Notes under the pieces: generated by a model
What the model was told of the DNA's origin: nothing
Database searches by the model: none
Seen by the model: the letters and a program-made list of their open reading frames with translations, nothing else
Shown here: piece by piece, positions 31,846 to 32,000 of the stretch
Position numbering within the stretch: the stretch's first letter is position 1
How the letters are laid out: each line of letters starts with the position of its first letter
Source: Candidatus Saccharimonadota bacterium
Lineage (GTDB): Bacteria > Patescibacteriota > Gracilibacteria > BD1-5 > UBA2023
Assembly (NCBI GenBank): GCA_963706795.1
Contig: OY970170.1
Span: 30,001-62,000, forward strand
Reading direction: 5' to 3'
Length of the DNA stretch: 32,000 bases
Made by a program: the position numbers and the translations under genes

Positions 31846-32000
31846 TTAATCAAAAGTAAGCTGCATGCGGTACTTAGCAGCGATTGCATACATGCGAGAT
31901 ACATGTTCTGCTGACATTGCGGCGGGCCCATACCTGGCTCAGAGCTTAAGAACACCGATTCACGCGCATCAAGCGGCTTCTATAATTGCAATAGAGGCAT
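31846..32000 (-). CDS. C-terminal end of a further array member (5' part beyond window edge)
   Basis: The frame is open from the window edge: ...ASIAIIEAA[TGA]CA[TGA]IGVLKL[TGA]ARYGPAAMSAEHVSRMYAIAAKYRMQLTFD, ending at TAA 31846-31848. It carries the AGxAGI..L.L unit and a family-type tail (compare KHQMKLTYG in member 8). Confidence 0.7.

Larger units (their letters stand above)
9034..32000 (-). repeat. head-to-tail tandem array of 15 complete + 1 collapsed + 1 edge-truncated paralogous genes (conserved N-module + variable LRR)
   Basis: See the individual CDS entries. All members are on the minus strand and no unrelated gene is interspersed. The array continues beyond the right edge of the window. 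Confidence 0.9.

Noticed and set aside
9034-32000. Under the standard code the region looks like dozens of short broken ORFs, suggesting a pseudogene graveyard or heavy frameshifting.
   Set aside because: All interruptions between same-frame fragments are TGA, never TAA or TAG. The TGA positions align with conserved Gly. Re-reading with code 25 gives intact, length-conserved genes with proper TAA or TAG stops placed exactly at the next gene's start.
9034-32000. The periodic repetition might be a CRISPR array, or a satellite or other non-coding tandem repeat.
   Set aside because: The periodicity is at the protein level: 28-34-aa LRR units and about 1.55-kb gene units. The DNA is divergent, and there are no short identical direct repeats with unique spacers.
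9034-32000. A classical antigenic-variation locus, with one expression site plus silent cassettes.
   Set aside because: Every member has its own start codon, an intact ORF and a stop, and is packed in operon-like fashion. No promoterless 5'-truncated cassettes are seen apart from the single collapsed mini-gene. Recombination between members is still plausible and is reported as findings.
1-32000. Mobile elements, integrases, transposases, tRNA or rRNA genes flanking the array.
   Set aside because: I could not recognise any such feature by eye in either strand under code 25. tRNA detection by eye is unreliable, so tRNAscan-SE or ARAGORN should still be run.

Overview
The window only makes sense under genetic code 25 (TGA = Gly, Gracilibacteria/Absconditabacteria-type CPR bacteria). 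Under the standard code most of it looks like a field of broken ORFs. When only TAA and TAG are read as stops, the fragments in the supplied track fuse into intact, tightly packed genes, nearly all on the minus strand. In-frame TGA falls on conserved glycine positions: the GD motif of a sortase, the RGRP core of an AT-hook, and the FGLD and AGxSGI(K/R) motifs of a paralog family.

Left third (1-9 kb), ordinary or accessory genes:
- a 5'-truncated SDR oxidoreductase
- a secreted DUF3494/ice-binding-like surface protein with an FPNTG motif, followed directly by a sortase gene
- a secreted hypothetical protein
- a MarR regulator preceded by a perfect 25-bp palindrome
- a FISUMP-like protein
- a MazG-like pyrophosphohydrolase
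- a small AT-hook protein
- a polytopic membrane protein
- an 830-aa HExxH-metallopeptidase/VWA protein

Right two thirds (9034-32000), the striking feature: an uninterrupted head-to-tail array on the minus strand. It holds 15 complete paralogs, one collapsed mini-gene and one further member cut by the window edge.
- Each full member has a conserved, signal-peptide-less N-terminal module of about 150-190 aa. It starts M-x-L-N-x and contains (I/L)L.LIP, YNF.DY..RL, ILE.EI and FGLD.LVYE.
- This is followed by a highly divergent C-terminal region of 28-34-aa leucine-rich (RNI-like) repeats built on AGxSGI(K/R)xLxLSxN.
- Thirteen of the 15 members are 508-540 aa.
- Neighbouring genes overlap by 1-26 nt or are separated by 3-24 nt; the one exception is a 94-nt gap.
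- Near-identical DNA tracts at some gene junctions suggest ongoing recombination.

I could not match the N-terminal module to any family I know. I flag the array as the candidate novel system. The HExxH/VWA gene immediately downstream may be part of it.

I recognised no rRNA, tRNA, CRISPR array or transposase.
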